This document shows, in pieces, positions 20,443 through 29,399 of a stretch of DNA of 64,000 nucleotides; position 1 is the first letter of the stretch, and each line of letters starts with the position of its first letter. A program made the translations under genes and the position numbers. The DNA lies in assembly GCA_963662265.2 (NCBI GenBank), contig CAXXHA010000029.1:32001-96000 (forward strand), written 5' to 3'. This DNA comes from Spirochaetia bacterium. Its GTDB lineage: Bacteria > Spirochaetota > Spirochaetia > CADAEX01. The notes below the pieces were generated by a model that saw nothing but the letters and a program-made list of their open reading frames with translations, was not told where the DNA came from and did not search any database.

Positions 20443-22032
20443 ATGATAAAAACAGGAAAACATGCTGATAAGACAATTATCACATTTATTCTAATCTACT
20501 TTGTTTTAAACATGTTTCTGCTGGACAGTTTCCCTTTTGTGCATGCCGATGAAGCATGGCTTGCATCGCTGACAAGGGCTGTCATAAATGAAAAAAGCTT
20601 TGCTGCTGTAGAGGATTTTTTTATACTCACAAAACGTCATCCCCATGCACTGAAATCAGTTTTCCACATGATGCAGATCCCGTTTGTGGCATTTTCCTTT
20701 TCAGTTATTTCCGTAAGAATATTATCCCTGATATTTTCTTCAGCAAATCTTTTTTTCTTTTATATGATTCTGAAAAAAAATATAAGAAACCGTAAAATTA
20801 TTCTTTTCACATTGATACTGCTTGCAGCAGACATACAGTACCTTTATATTTCCCGCTTTGCCCGCCAGGAGATTATAATTCTTACATTGCTCACAACTGT
20901 CCTGTATTTATTAAACAGTCATCTGACATTGAAGAGAACTGCAACAGCAGCTTTGCTAACAGGAATTGCAGTCGGAATACATCCAAACAGTTTTATAATA
21001 TTTACTGCATCAGTTTTTTTTATTTCAGGTAAGATGTTAGTAAAGAGGAAAGATTTTAGAAAAAATATCAAAGCACTGGTTTTATATATATCTGTTACTT
21101 CTGCTTTTGCACTTGTGTTTGTTGTTTTAAGCATTGTGATGGATAGCGATTTTTTTCATAATTATCTGCAGTTCGGCTCACGTCATGGTGTTACTGATAT
21201 ATTTATTGTTAAACTTCTGAAACTTAAAAAATTCTACTTTAAGATTTTTAACAGGATATCAGGAACATACTATCTTCCCGATGTCTGTCTCCAGCTTTTT
21301 GTTTTTTTGTTTTTTTCTATTGTCACTTTTATTTCATCAATATTTTCAAAACATATGTTTAGAACGGCTTTTCCTGTCCTTATGTTTGCAGCCGGAATAA
21401 ATACCGGTTTTATACTTATAGGTAAATACAGCCCGCCATCGTTTTCATTCATTTTTCCCGCAGGCTGGCTTATTGCTGCATTAGGTGCAGACAGTTTGTC
21501 GGGTAAAGGAAAAAATATTAAAACATCAGTATTAATTTTACTGGCTGTGATACTGGGTTTCAATCTGCACAATACATATTCAGAAGTATTGAAATGGAAA
21601 AGCAGCAGCTATAAAAGTTATATGAAAGATATTTCACACATGATAACTGAAAAGGGCAGGGTATTCGGTTCTATCAATACATCATTTTACATGGACTACC
21701 GGCAGCTTGCTTCATATAACGATATGGAAATGTTTGAAAAGTCTGGAATATCTTTTGAAGAATATATTGTAAAAAACAGAATAAGGTACATTATATACAC
21801 AGATGAGCTTGATATAATCTACAGGGAGAGACCGCTCTGGAATGATCTTTACGGGAATATTTATCCACATTACCGGGAAATAAAAGAATTTATCGAAAAT
21901 AGATGCGTTAGAACAGGGGAAGTCCTTGATGAAACATACCCCGTCAGGATTGTTGATTTCATTGGAAGGAAAAAATATTCAGCAGCTGTTTTTAAGGTGG
22001 AAGGCTTTAAAAAACATCAGGGGATTCAATAA
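20443..22032 (+). CDS. ArnT/PMT-like GT-C membrane glycosyltransferase
   Basis: HADEAW acidic motif in the first periplasmic loop, SRFARQE, about 11-12 TM helices, soluble C-terminal domain. Confidence 0.75.
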   Translation: MIKTGKHADKTIITFILIYFVLNMFLLDSFPFVHADEAWLASLTRAVINEKSFAAVEDFFILTKRHPHALKSVFHMMQIPFVAFSFSVISVRILSLIFSSANLFFFYMILKKNIRNRKIILFTLILLAADIQYLYISRFARQEIIILTLLTTVLYLLNSHLTLKRTATAALLTGIAVGIHPNSFIIFTASVFFISGKMLVKRKDFRKNIKALVLYISVTSAFALVFVVLSIVMDSDFFHNYLQFGSRHGVTDIFIVKLLKLKKFYFKIFNRISGTYYLPDVCLQLFVFLFFSIVTFISSIFSKHMFRTAFPVLMFAAGINTGFILIGKYSPPSFSFIFPAGWLIAALGADSLSGKGKNIKTSVLILLAVILGFNLHNTYSEVLKWKSSSYKSYMKDISHMITEKGRVFGSINTSFYMDYRQLASYNDMEMFEKSGISFEEYIVKNRIRYIIYTDELDIIYRERPLWNDLYGNIYPHYREIKEFIENRCVRTGEVLDETYPVRIVDFIGRKKYSAAVFKVEGFKKHQGIQ

Positions 22033-22750
22033 GATTCATCAGTTTTTCCCTTTCTATAAGGAAATCAGGTGTCAGGCTGTTGAAACATCCGGAGAAACTG
22101 TTTTTAGATACAGATATGAAATTACCCTTTTTATCCATTACTGCTATGTCTGTCGACAGTGTCATGGCTTCATCAATATCGTGGGTAACAAAAATTACTG
22201 TAATTCCGCTGTTTTTCCAGATGTTGTAAACAAGTTTATGCAGGGTTATTCTTGTCTGTATATCAAGGCTGCTGAACGGCTCATCGAGAAGAAGTATTTC
22301 CGGCCCTGAAGAGAGAGCCCTTGCAATTATCGCCCTCTTTTTCATCCCCCCTGAAAGCTGAGACGGATAATAATTCTCATAACCTTCAAGATATACTTCT
22401 TTTAAAAGAGATTCTGTTCTTACTTTTATATTGCCTGTCTTCAGTATTCTAAGTGGGAATGAAATATTTTCCTCTACTGTCAGCCACGGGAAAAGCTGGT
22501 TGTCATCCTGCAATACAATTACACGCGAAGGGTCAGGCTGTTCTGCGGTATTTTCTTTAAGCAGCACTTTTCCCCTGTCTGGAGTTATCATTGATGCTGC
22601 AGTCTTGAGCAGTGTTGATTTGCCGCAGCCAGAAGGACCCAGGATTGAGAAAAATGATCTTTCCGGTATACTGAGGTTTATTTCTTCAAGAATGTTTATC
22701 TGCCTGTTATATGAAAAGGTAATATTTTCAAGCCTTATTATATTGTTCAA
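22007..22750 (-). CDS. NitT/TauT-family ABC transporter ATP-binding protein
   Basis: [32 protein letters not shown]. Confidence 0.9.
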   Translation of the reverse strand: MNNIIRLENITFSYNRQINILEEINLSIPERSFFSILGPSGCGKSTLLKTAASMITPDRGKVLLKENTAEQPDPSRVIVLQDDNQLFPWLTVEENISFPLRILKTGNIKVRTESLLKEVYLEGYENYYPSQLSGGMKKRAIIARALSSGPEILLLDEPFSSLDIQTRITLHKLVYNIWKNSGITVIFVTHDIDEAMTLSTDIAVMDKKGNFISVSKNSFSGCFNSLTPDFLIEREKLMNLIESPDVF

Positions 22751-23517
22751 TTAATCATTCCCCATTTTTTTACAGTTTTATTTTCAACAGAACTGAAAAA
22801 AAGTTCTTCGATAAGAATACCTGTAATTATAATTACAATAAGACCCGCATAAATACCAGGTGTATCCATATAAACTCTTTTGCTGAAAATATACCATCCT
22901 ATTCCGCCTCTGCCTCCTGCAGCACCGAATATCATTTCCGCGCTGATAAGTGCACGCCAGGACCTTGCAAATGATATTTTAAGACCTGCAATAATATAGG
23001 GGAGAGAGTGGGGAAGTGTTATCTTTGCAAACATTTCGAAATGGCTGAGATGATAGTTTTTTCTGAATAAAACATAGTTTTCAGGAATGCTTGAATACCC
23101 TGTATAAAGGTTTGTTACCATGGGCCATAGGACAGAATGTATGACTATTATCAGAACAGATTCAATACCTGTCCCAGTCCAGAGTATAACCACAGGGAGT
23201 ATGGCTATGCCGGGGAGCGGATGTAAAAATGAAACAAGGCTTTTTAAAAGTGAATCAAAAACAGCTGAGATATGTGAACCGAGGACAAGAATAAATGCAG
23301 AAAGAGTCCCAACTGCAAGAGATATGAAAATAAGCAGAAGGGAGAAAAGAAGCTGAATAAGTATTTCACCCTCTTTGAGAGAGGAAAAAAGCGATAAGAC
23401 AACTGTCTTTACAGACGGGAAAACCAGAGGTGAAAAATTTCCTGATATTCTTATTATTTCCCAAATAATGAGAAAAAAAAGAAACCAGGCAAATTTTTTA
23501 ACAACTCCGGATTTCAT
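22747..23517 (-). CDS. NitT/TauT-family ABC transporter permease
   Basis: [31 protein letters not shown]. Confidence 0.9.
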   Translation of the reverse strand: MKSGVVKKFAWFLFFLIIWEIIRISGNFSPLVFPSVKTVVLSLFSSLKEGEILIQLLFSLLLIFISLAVGTLSAFILVLGSHISAVFDSLLKSLVSFLHPLPGIAILPVVILWTGTGIESVLIIVIHSVLWPMVTNLYTGYSSIPENYVLFRKNYHLSHFEMFAKITLPHSLPYIIAGLKISFARSWRALISAEMIFGAAGGRGGIGWYIFSKRVYMDTPGIYAGLIVIIITGILIEELFFSSVENKTVKKWGMIN

Positions 23518-24458
23518 TAATAATAAATATCCTTTTCATCTATATCATTTTCAAGGTAATTGTTTGTTTTCATGAATTTTATGAATTTGCCCATTCCCTG
23601 AATATCCTGGTTGAAATACATTCCTTCCCATGTAAGGTATTCTTTAAGTTCATCCTTATCCATATCATACTGAAGGGAGAGTATTTCTGATGCTTTATCA
23701 GGATTTTTTCTGATAAATGAAATTGTTTCTCCTATGACATTTCTCAGTACCTTGACAGCTTCGGGATGTTTTTCCGCAAAGCTGTTTTTTACAGTACCCC
23801 CGATAAATGTAAACTCGCCGCCCATTGCTTCATTGCCTGAAAGTATGAGTTTAAAACCCGGCTGTTTCAGCTCTTTCATTATAAAGGGGGGGGATGTGAA
23901 ATGCGCTGCAATATCATTTTTACTGAAAAGTGCATTCATCCCGTCAGGATGCGACATTGTCACTATGCGGTTGTCAAAAAAGGAAGGTGATCCTTTTTCC
24001 TTCTCTGATGCCATTGTAAGGAGAATATGCTGTATGCTGCCAGGCTGCGGAAGAGCTATCCTGTCCTCTTCTGTAAAGTCTGAAAGTGTGTTTATGTTCT
24101 CCTTCCAGCTGACAAGACCTATAGGCGCCCTGCAGAGCCCTGTAAACATTTTCCATTCCATTCCCCTGTCATAACCGATCAGGAAAGGGGGAAGTCCCAT
24201 GAAGCCTATATCAAGGCTGTCTGAAAGCATTGCCTCCCTGATAGCTGCAGTATTTGCAAGTTTTTTCCATTCAACAGTCCACCCCTGAAGTTTCTCCTCA
24301 AGTCTCTTCTCCGACCTGATTATCTGAAGCGGTGCATATGCAAGGCCGTACTGCTCTGCTATTATTATTTTTTTCCCCTCTTTTCGTCCAACACATGAAA
24401 AAAGGATTAAAGAGGCTGTTATAATTAAAATAAGCTTGAATATTTTGTGAATCAACAA
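23517..24458 (-). CDS. NitT/TauT (SsuA/TauA-like) substrate-binding lipoprotein
   Basis: Lipobox LFSC; LDIGFMG.PP, IALPQPGSIQH; operon context. Confidence 0.85.
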   Translation of the reverse strand: MLIHKIFKLILIITASLILFSCVGRKEGKKIIIAEQYGLAYAPLQIIRSEKRLEEKLQGWTVEWKKLANTAAIREAMLSDSLDIGFMGLPPFLIGYDRGMEWKMFTGLCRAPIGLVSWKENINTLSDFTEEDRIALPQPGSIQHILLTMASEKEKGSPSFFDNRIVTMSHPDGMNALFSKNDIAAHFTSPPFIMKELKQPGFKLILSGNEAMGGEFTFIGGTVKNSFAEKHPEAVKVLRNVIGETISFIRKNPDKASEILSLQYDMDKDELKEYLTWEGMYFNQDIQGMGKFIKFMKTNNYLENDIDEKDIYY

Positions 24459-25738
24459 AATCTCCTTATTTCTTTGTATAATGCCTGGTCTGTTTTATCC
24501 ATAAGCATATTGAATCCCTGTTTATTTTCAACAGAGGATAAATTAAACAGTTTTTCTATATCATAATTCAGTTTACTGAAATTATCAGATAATAATACTG
24601 CATATCCTGCTCTTTGTGTTGAATTATTTATATTATTGATTTCAGTACCGGGACTGTGAAGGTAGGAGAAACTTTGCAGTGACTCTATGGAACTGGAATC
24701 AGGTTTTACCTGCCTGTGAATTACTCCCCTGCTGCAGAAAAAGAGGGGTACTGAAACATATTTACCGTAACTGTTTATCTTATACGGCTTGAGATTTTTA
24801 AAATCATCTTCAGTGATTTTAACTCCGCTAGATCCCTTTATAAGAAGTTTTCTTATGTCTATTCCTGTGAGAAGCGGTATAAACTCATCTTCATATGCCC
24901 CCCCCAGCCTGCATGCAATTTCATTGATAATTAAGCCTCTGTCTCCAATGAGATACTGAAAATAAATCGGCCCGTTTTTTATGCCGAAATTATCAGTCAC
25001 TGAAACAGTAGTTTCAATGATACTGTCTCTGTATGCCGATGAATATGGAGAAGGAAAGGTATGTGCCGAGCACACTCCTATTGTAGGATAATTATTGAAA
25101 GTAACCCTGTCAGTAACAGAAAAGATATAGACACTTCCGTTGCAGACCCAGCCTGATACTGTTATCTCATCTGAATCATAGTATTCCTCGATAAGTATCA
25201 TCTCTTCTCTTGAAAAGGAAACTGTAGTATCAAACAGCTGTCTTATTTCAGTAACTGTATCAACCTTGAAAACACCTCTCTGCCCCTGGCTGTCAAAAGG
25301 TTTGATTACGAAAGGGGGCTTGAGATCTGAAAGCTCATTATCTGAAAACCCTTTTTGTATCATTGCAAAAGGGGATGTCTTCATTCCGTGTTTTCTGAAA
25401 AGTGATTTCATTATCCGTTTATTGGTCACTGATAAAGCTGTTTTCCTGCTTAGAAACCGGGGAAGATTCATTTCCTCTGCAACTGAAGCGGCTGTCAATA
25501 CCGGCTGGTCTGTTCCTGCAGTAAGGACCGCATCAATACCAAGTTTAACTGCTGCTTGAGTTACTGCATCAATATCAAAAGTGCTTGCCTTTGCAAAATT
25601 GGTAGCAAAAACTCTTCCGGGGGCATTTTCATTGATATCAGCAAGAATTGTATTATAGCCCTGGCTGACACATTCTTTTATCAGGTTTATCTGGCTGCTT
25701 CCGCCGCCCAGTACCATGATTTTTTTTTCTTTATTCAT
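24452..25738 (-). CDS. ATP-grasp domain ligase
   Basis: VLGGG..Q, NK..MK, VIKP.DSQGQRGV, IEEY, NEIACRLGG. Confidence 0.85.
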   Translation of the reverse strand: MNKEKKIMVLGGGSSQINLIKECVSQGYNTILADINENAPGRVFATNFAKASTFDIDAVTQAAVKLGIDAVLTAGTDQPVLTAASVAEEMNLPRFLSRKTALSVTNKRIMKSLFRKHGMKTSPFAMIQKGFSDNELSDLKPPFVIKPFDSQGQRGVFKVDTVTEIRQLFDTTVSFSREEMILIEEYYDSDEITVSGWVCNGSVYIFSVTDRVTFNNYPTIGVCSAHTFPSPYSSAYRDSIIETTVSVTDNFGIKNGPIYFQYLIGDRGLIINEIACRLGGAYEDEFIPLLTGIDIRKLLIKGSSGVKITEDDFKNLKPYKINSYGKYVSVPLFFCSRGVIHRQVKPDSSSIESLQSFSYLHSPGTEINNINNSTQRAGYAVLLSDNFSKLNYDIEKLFNLSSVENKQGFNMLMDKTDQALYKEIRRFC

Positions 25739-26495
25739 GCAAAAACCTGCCGCAATTTTTATCTATTGATTTCTCTATAATATCACCTGCGGATTTCTTA
25801 TCAGAAAATAACAGTTCTGAAAGCCTGTATATAAAACGGGGGAAACCGTAATAGAAAACAAGTCTTGAAAATAGAAAAATAAGTTTACCTATGCTGTACC
25901 TGCTTTCAGAAACTGTAACAGTATCTGTATTTATATAAGAAGCCTCAGGTTTGAAGCTGAGAGCAATAGCTGAAATATAAATGAATTTCTTATCTGTTTT
26001 GAGGATTTTATCGACAAGTGATTTTTTCATTATTCTGAAGCTTGTTATTTTAAGTTTTAATGGTTTTCGGAATGCGGTATAGAAAAAAATGTCATGCGCA
26101 AAAGATCCTGCTTTTCTGAAAAATGAATATTTTTTTCTATTCACTGCATATACAATGTCATAGTTTTTCCTGATTTCAGCAATAAGAACAGGAATGATTT
26201 CAGGGTCATGCTGCATATCATCATCCATTGTAATAACATAATCCCCTCTGCTGTACATGAGGCCTGCAAAAACCGCATTCTGCTGACCCATGTTTTCTGA
26301 AAGGCTTATACCCTTTATCCTTGAATCTGATTCTGAAAGATTTTCAATTTCGTTCCATGTAGAATCACTGCTCCCGTCATTTACAAATATTATCTCAAAA
26401 TCAATCAATGAGCAGATTTTTATAATTTCAGAAGCAATTAACTTGAGGCGTCCCTTGCTGTTGAAACAGGGGATGACAATGCTTACAGATTCCAT
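25731..26495 (-). CDS. GT2 polyprenyl-phosphate glycosyltransferase (ArnC/GtrB-like)
   Basis: SIVIPCFN, VNDGSSD, N.GQQ.A, MDDDMQHDP, SRYS. Confidence 0.88.
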   Translation of the reverse strand: MESVSIVIPCFNSKGRLKLIASEIIKICSLIDFEIIFVNDGSSDSTWNEIENLSESDSRIKGISLSENMGQQNAVFAGLMYSRGDYVITMDDDMQHDPEIIPVLIAEIRKNYDIVYAVNRKKYSFFRKAGSFAHDIFFYTAFRKPLKLKITSFRIMKKSLVDKILKTDKKFIYISAIALSFKPEASYINTDTVTVSESRYSIGKLIFLFSRLVFYYGFPRFIYRLSELLFSDKKSAGDIIEKSIDKNCGRFLHE

Positions 26496-26902
26496 ATCAA
26501 AATTCCTGAAGCAATTAATAAAACAGCTGCCGCTTTTTTTAAAGTAATTCTTTCCCTGAAAATAACAATACCAAGTCCCGGTATGATAATCTGGTTAAGA
26601 GCTGTAAAGCTGTAGGCTGTATTCAGTTCAAGCGACTTGAGCGCGTAAAAATAAAAAAACGGGGCACATAGAACGGCAGCAAGTCCCGAGATTAAACCAG
26701 GACGTAAAAACTGCCTGAAAAGAAGCGGGATATTCCTTGTAAGCACAATACTGCTGCTTGAATGCTTTATTACGAGATGGCCGTATGATGTCAGAATGCA
26801 CATTATAATAATTGATATAATTTCTCTTTTCAAATGATGCCCCAGAAATAAATAAGTATAATGTTTTTCAATTCCCACCCCGCTTTGTTTTGAGTGAATC
26901 AT
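26483..26902 (-). CDS. SMR/EamA-like small membrane protein (ArnE/F-like flippase subunit; true start probably near TTG 26833)
   Basis: Four TM helices, ELNTAYSF, C-terminal FRERIT..K..LI..GI. Confidence 0.75.
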   Translation of the reverse strand: MIHSKQSGVGIEKHYTYLFLGHHLKREIISIIIMCILTSYGHLVIKHSSSSIVLTRNIPLLFRQFLRPGLISGLAAVLCAPFFYFYALKSLELNTAYSFTALNQIIIPGLGIVIFRERITLKKAAAVLLIASGILIWNL

Positions 26903-27239
26903 TCATAAGAAGCAATATTCCTGAAGTTATGAGAACTGCTCCTGCTGAATTGAAAAATGTAATCTGTTCATTAAAAAGAACTGCTGAAAGAATAAGTATA
27001 ATTACATAATTTATGCTCATAAATGGATATGCTTCTGAGAGCTCTACATACCTGATTATAAATACCCAGATAAAACCTCTCAGTATAAGAAACATATAAC
27101 TCAGAATAAGAAAGATATTTAATGAGAAGCTCTCCTGTGAGGCAAGTATTGAAGATCCTGTTTTTGCAGAAATCTGTCCTGCAACCATAAGCAGAACAGG
27201 GATAAATAACAGGGTTATTTTGTTAATATTTTTCATCAC
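26868..27239 (-). CDS. SMR/EamA-like small membrane protein (ArnE/F-like)
   Basis: GQI..K, ELSEAYPFMSINY, FNEQIT..G..LI..GI. Confidence 0.8.
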   Translation of the reverse strand: MMKNINKITLLFIPVLLMVAGQISAKTGSSILASQESFSLNIFLILSYMFLILRGFIWVFIIRYVELSEAYPFMSINYVIILILSAVLFNEQITFFNSAGAVLITSGILLLMNDSLKTKRGGN

Positions 27240-27554
27240 ATTGATTTTAGCAGTTTATCTGAAGTTTTCCAATTGATTTGTTTAATTTTATATAGAGGAA
27301 ATATAATATATGAAATAATTTCTGACGATAAATTTGGAGAAAGGGAAAAATAAAAATTCGCCTTCTTTTATATAGCCCAACAGGAAAAGCTGTAGTATAA
27401 ATACAGTAGTGATATAATCAGACCCTGCGGGGTTGTTTACTGATACAGGGGTAGGTTGTTATCCCCGGGGAAGGCTGTGATGTTAAAGCTTCCCGAAGGT
27501 GATAAAGCCTGCCTTGCAGATAAAAAAATATTAAAAATATCAGGGGTGTAAATA

Positions 27555-28571
27555 ATGAAAGTAGCAGTAATTTTCGGCGGCATGAGTTCAGAGCGTGATG
27601 TATCAATTGCAAGCGGTGCGCAGGTTTTCAAGGCGCTAAAAAGCAGGGGTCATGATGTTATAGCTGTTGATACTGCTAAAGGTATTCTTGATTCTGAAGA
27701 GGAGAAGGTGTTTCTCGATTCAAGGGTAAAGGAAACACCTCCGTCAATAGATCAGCTTTCACTTATGCGGGACGGACTCAATAAACTCACAGCTTCAGGT
27801 TCTCTCAGTGATGTGGATATCTGCTTTCTTGCTCTTCACGGCGGTATGGGTGAGGACGGCAGAATACAGGGGTTTCTTGATATTGCAGGAATACCTTATA
27901 CAGGCACAAAACATATGGGATGCTGTTATGCAATGGATAAGGATGTCTCAAAAATACTCCTTAGAAACAGCGGGGTTAAAACACCTGACTGGATAATGGC
28001 ACCTGCCGATACAGATGAAGTAGAGGCAAAACTGGGTTTCCCTGTAGTTGTCAAACCGAACAAAGAGGGTTCAACAGTTGGTCTCACTGTAGTTAAGGAA
28101 AAGGATCAACTTCAGAATGCTGTTGATTATGCACTGAAATTTGACACTGAAGTCATGATTGAAAGTTTCATAGATGGAAGAGAGCTTACAGCAGGAGTGC
28201 TTGACGGAAATGCTCTCGGTGTAGGGGAAATAATCCCCAGGATGTCTGAAATTTTTGATTATAAAAGCAAGTACCAGGAGGGGGGAGCTGATGAAATATT
28301 TCCTGCGGATCTTTCTGATGATGAAACATTGAAAGTGCAGGAAGAAGCTGTGAAAACATATTTTGCCTTGAAGCAGAATGATTACTGCCGTGTTGATTTC
28401 AGGATGGACAGAGAGGGGGGAATATGGTGCCTTGAAGCAAATACTCTTCCCGGAGTCACATCATCAAGCCTGCTTCCCCAGTCAGCTGCAGTCATGGGTA
28501 TAGAGTTCCCTGAATTATGTGAAAAGATATGCATGCTTGCAATCGAAAGAAAAAAAGCTTTAACAGTTTAG
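27555..28571 (+). CDS. ddl: D-alanine--D-alanine ligase
   Basis: GGMSSERDVS, LHGG.GEDG, KP..EGS, FDY.SKY, RVDF, E.NT.PG. Confidence 0.93.
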   Translation: MKVAVIFGGMSSERDVSIASGAQVFKALKSRGHDVIAVDTAKGILDSEEEKVFLDSRVKETPPSIDQLSLMRDGLNKLTASGSLSDVDICFLALHGGMGEDGRIQGFLDIAGIPYTGTKHMGCCYAMDKDVSKILLRNSGVKTPDWIMAPADTDEVEAKLGFPVVVKPNKEGSTVGLTVVKEKDQLQNAVDYALKFDTEVMIESFIDGRELTAGVLDGNALGVGEIIPRMSEIFDYKSKYQEGGADEIFPADLSDDETLKVQEEAVKTYFALKQNDYCRVDFRMDREGGIWCLEANTLPGVTSSSLLPQSAAVMGIEFPELCEKICMLAIERKKALTV

Positions 28572-28589
28572 AAATAAATAAATGCAGGA

Positions 28590-29399
28590 TTAATTTTTAT
28601 TATCCTGCATTATTCTTTTTTCCCTTAAGATTGAAATATTCTCATCCAGATATTCAAGCAGATACTGCTGTACATCTTCAAAATATGATTTCTGGATATC
28701 ACAGCCTTCAGCTGTGATGAACCTGTAATGCCAGGGTTCATAATTATATCCTGTAACATCATTCAAACCCTTCGGATAGGAAAGAGAAAAACCATATCTG
28801 CCGCAGTTTTCAAACATCCAGATCCCCTCAGGTGTATTTTCATACTCTTCAGTTATTGAACCGAAATCAACTGCTGTTCCGAGCTGATGCTGTGACGTGC
28901 CGGGACGTGCAGAGAATTTATCTGTTTCCTCCTGTCCGTAGACAGAAACATAATAATTATAAATTCTTTCCTGGTACGTATATGATCTGTAGGCAGATGA
29001 TACAAGAATATCAAGGTTTTCCTTTTCAGCATCATTTTTCATCATCATCAATGCATCCATTGCCGGTTTTCTTATCTGCATACCTTTCTTGTTCACCTTG
29101 ATATTAAAACTGTCAAGATCAACAAGATCGCCGGGAATAGTTTTTTCAGACAGCGGATTATTCTTATCAGCCAGTACCAGAAAATCATCATATATATCGA
29201 TTAGAGGAATAATTTTATCAAGGAAACCCTTCCTGTCTGATTTTATATTTTCAATTACCTTTTCAGGAAGGTTTGAAAGTGTTGTATCCAGTTCCTCTTC
29301 AGTAAATGTGAATGACTGGCTTATGTATTTATTTTCAGCCCTGATGCATGATGGCAACAGGGCTGATATGAGAATCAGGAGTAATATTAATTTTTTCAA
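28590..29399 (-). CDS. M15B (VanY/LdcB-like) D,D-carboxypeptidase lipoprotein
   Basis: SAYRS, SARPGTSQHQLGTAVD, YEPWH; lipobox. Confidence 0.88.
   Translation of the reverse strand: MKKLILLLILISALLPSCIRAENKYISQSFTFTEEELDTTLSNLPEKVIENIKSDRKGFLDKIIPLIDIYDDFLVLADKNNPLSEKTIPGDLVDLDSFNIKVNKKGMQIRKPAMDALMMMKNDAEKENLDILVSSAYRSYTYQERIYNYYVSVYGQEETDKFSARPGTSQHQLGTAVDFGSITEEYENTPEGIWMFENCGRYGFSLSYPKGLNDVTGYNYEPWHYRFITAEGCDIQKSYFEDVQQYLLEYLDENISILREKRIMQDNKN

Noticed and set aside
27555-29399. ddl next to a VanY-like peptidase as a glycopeptide-resistance cluster
   Set aside because: The genes are convergent, there is no vanH/X/R/S, and the ligase omega loop (FDYKSKY) is of the ordinary D-Ala-D-Ala type
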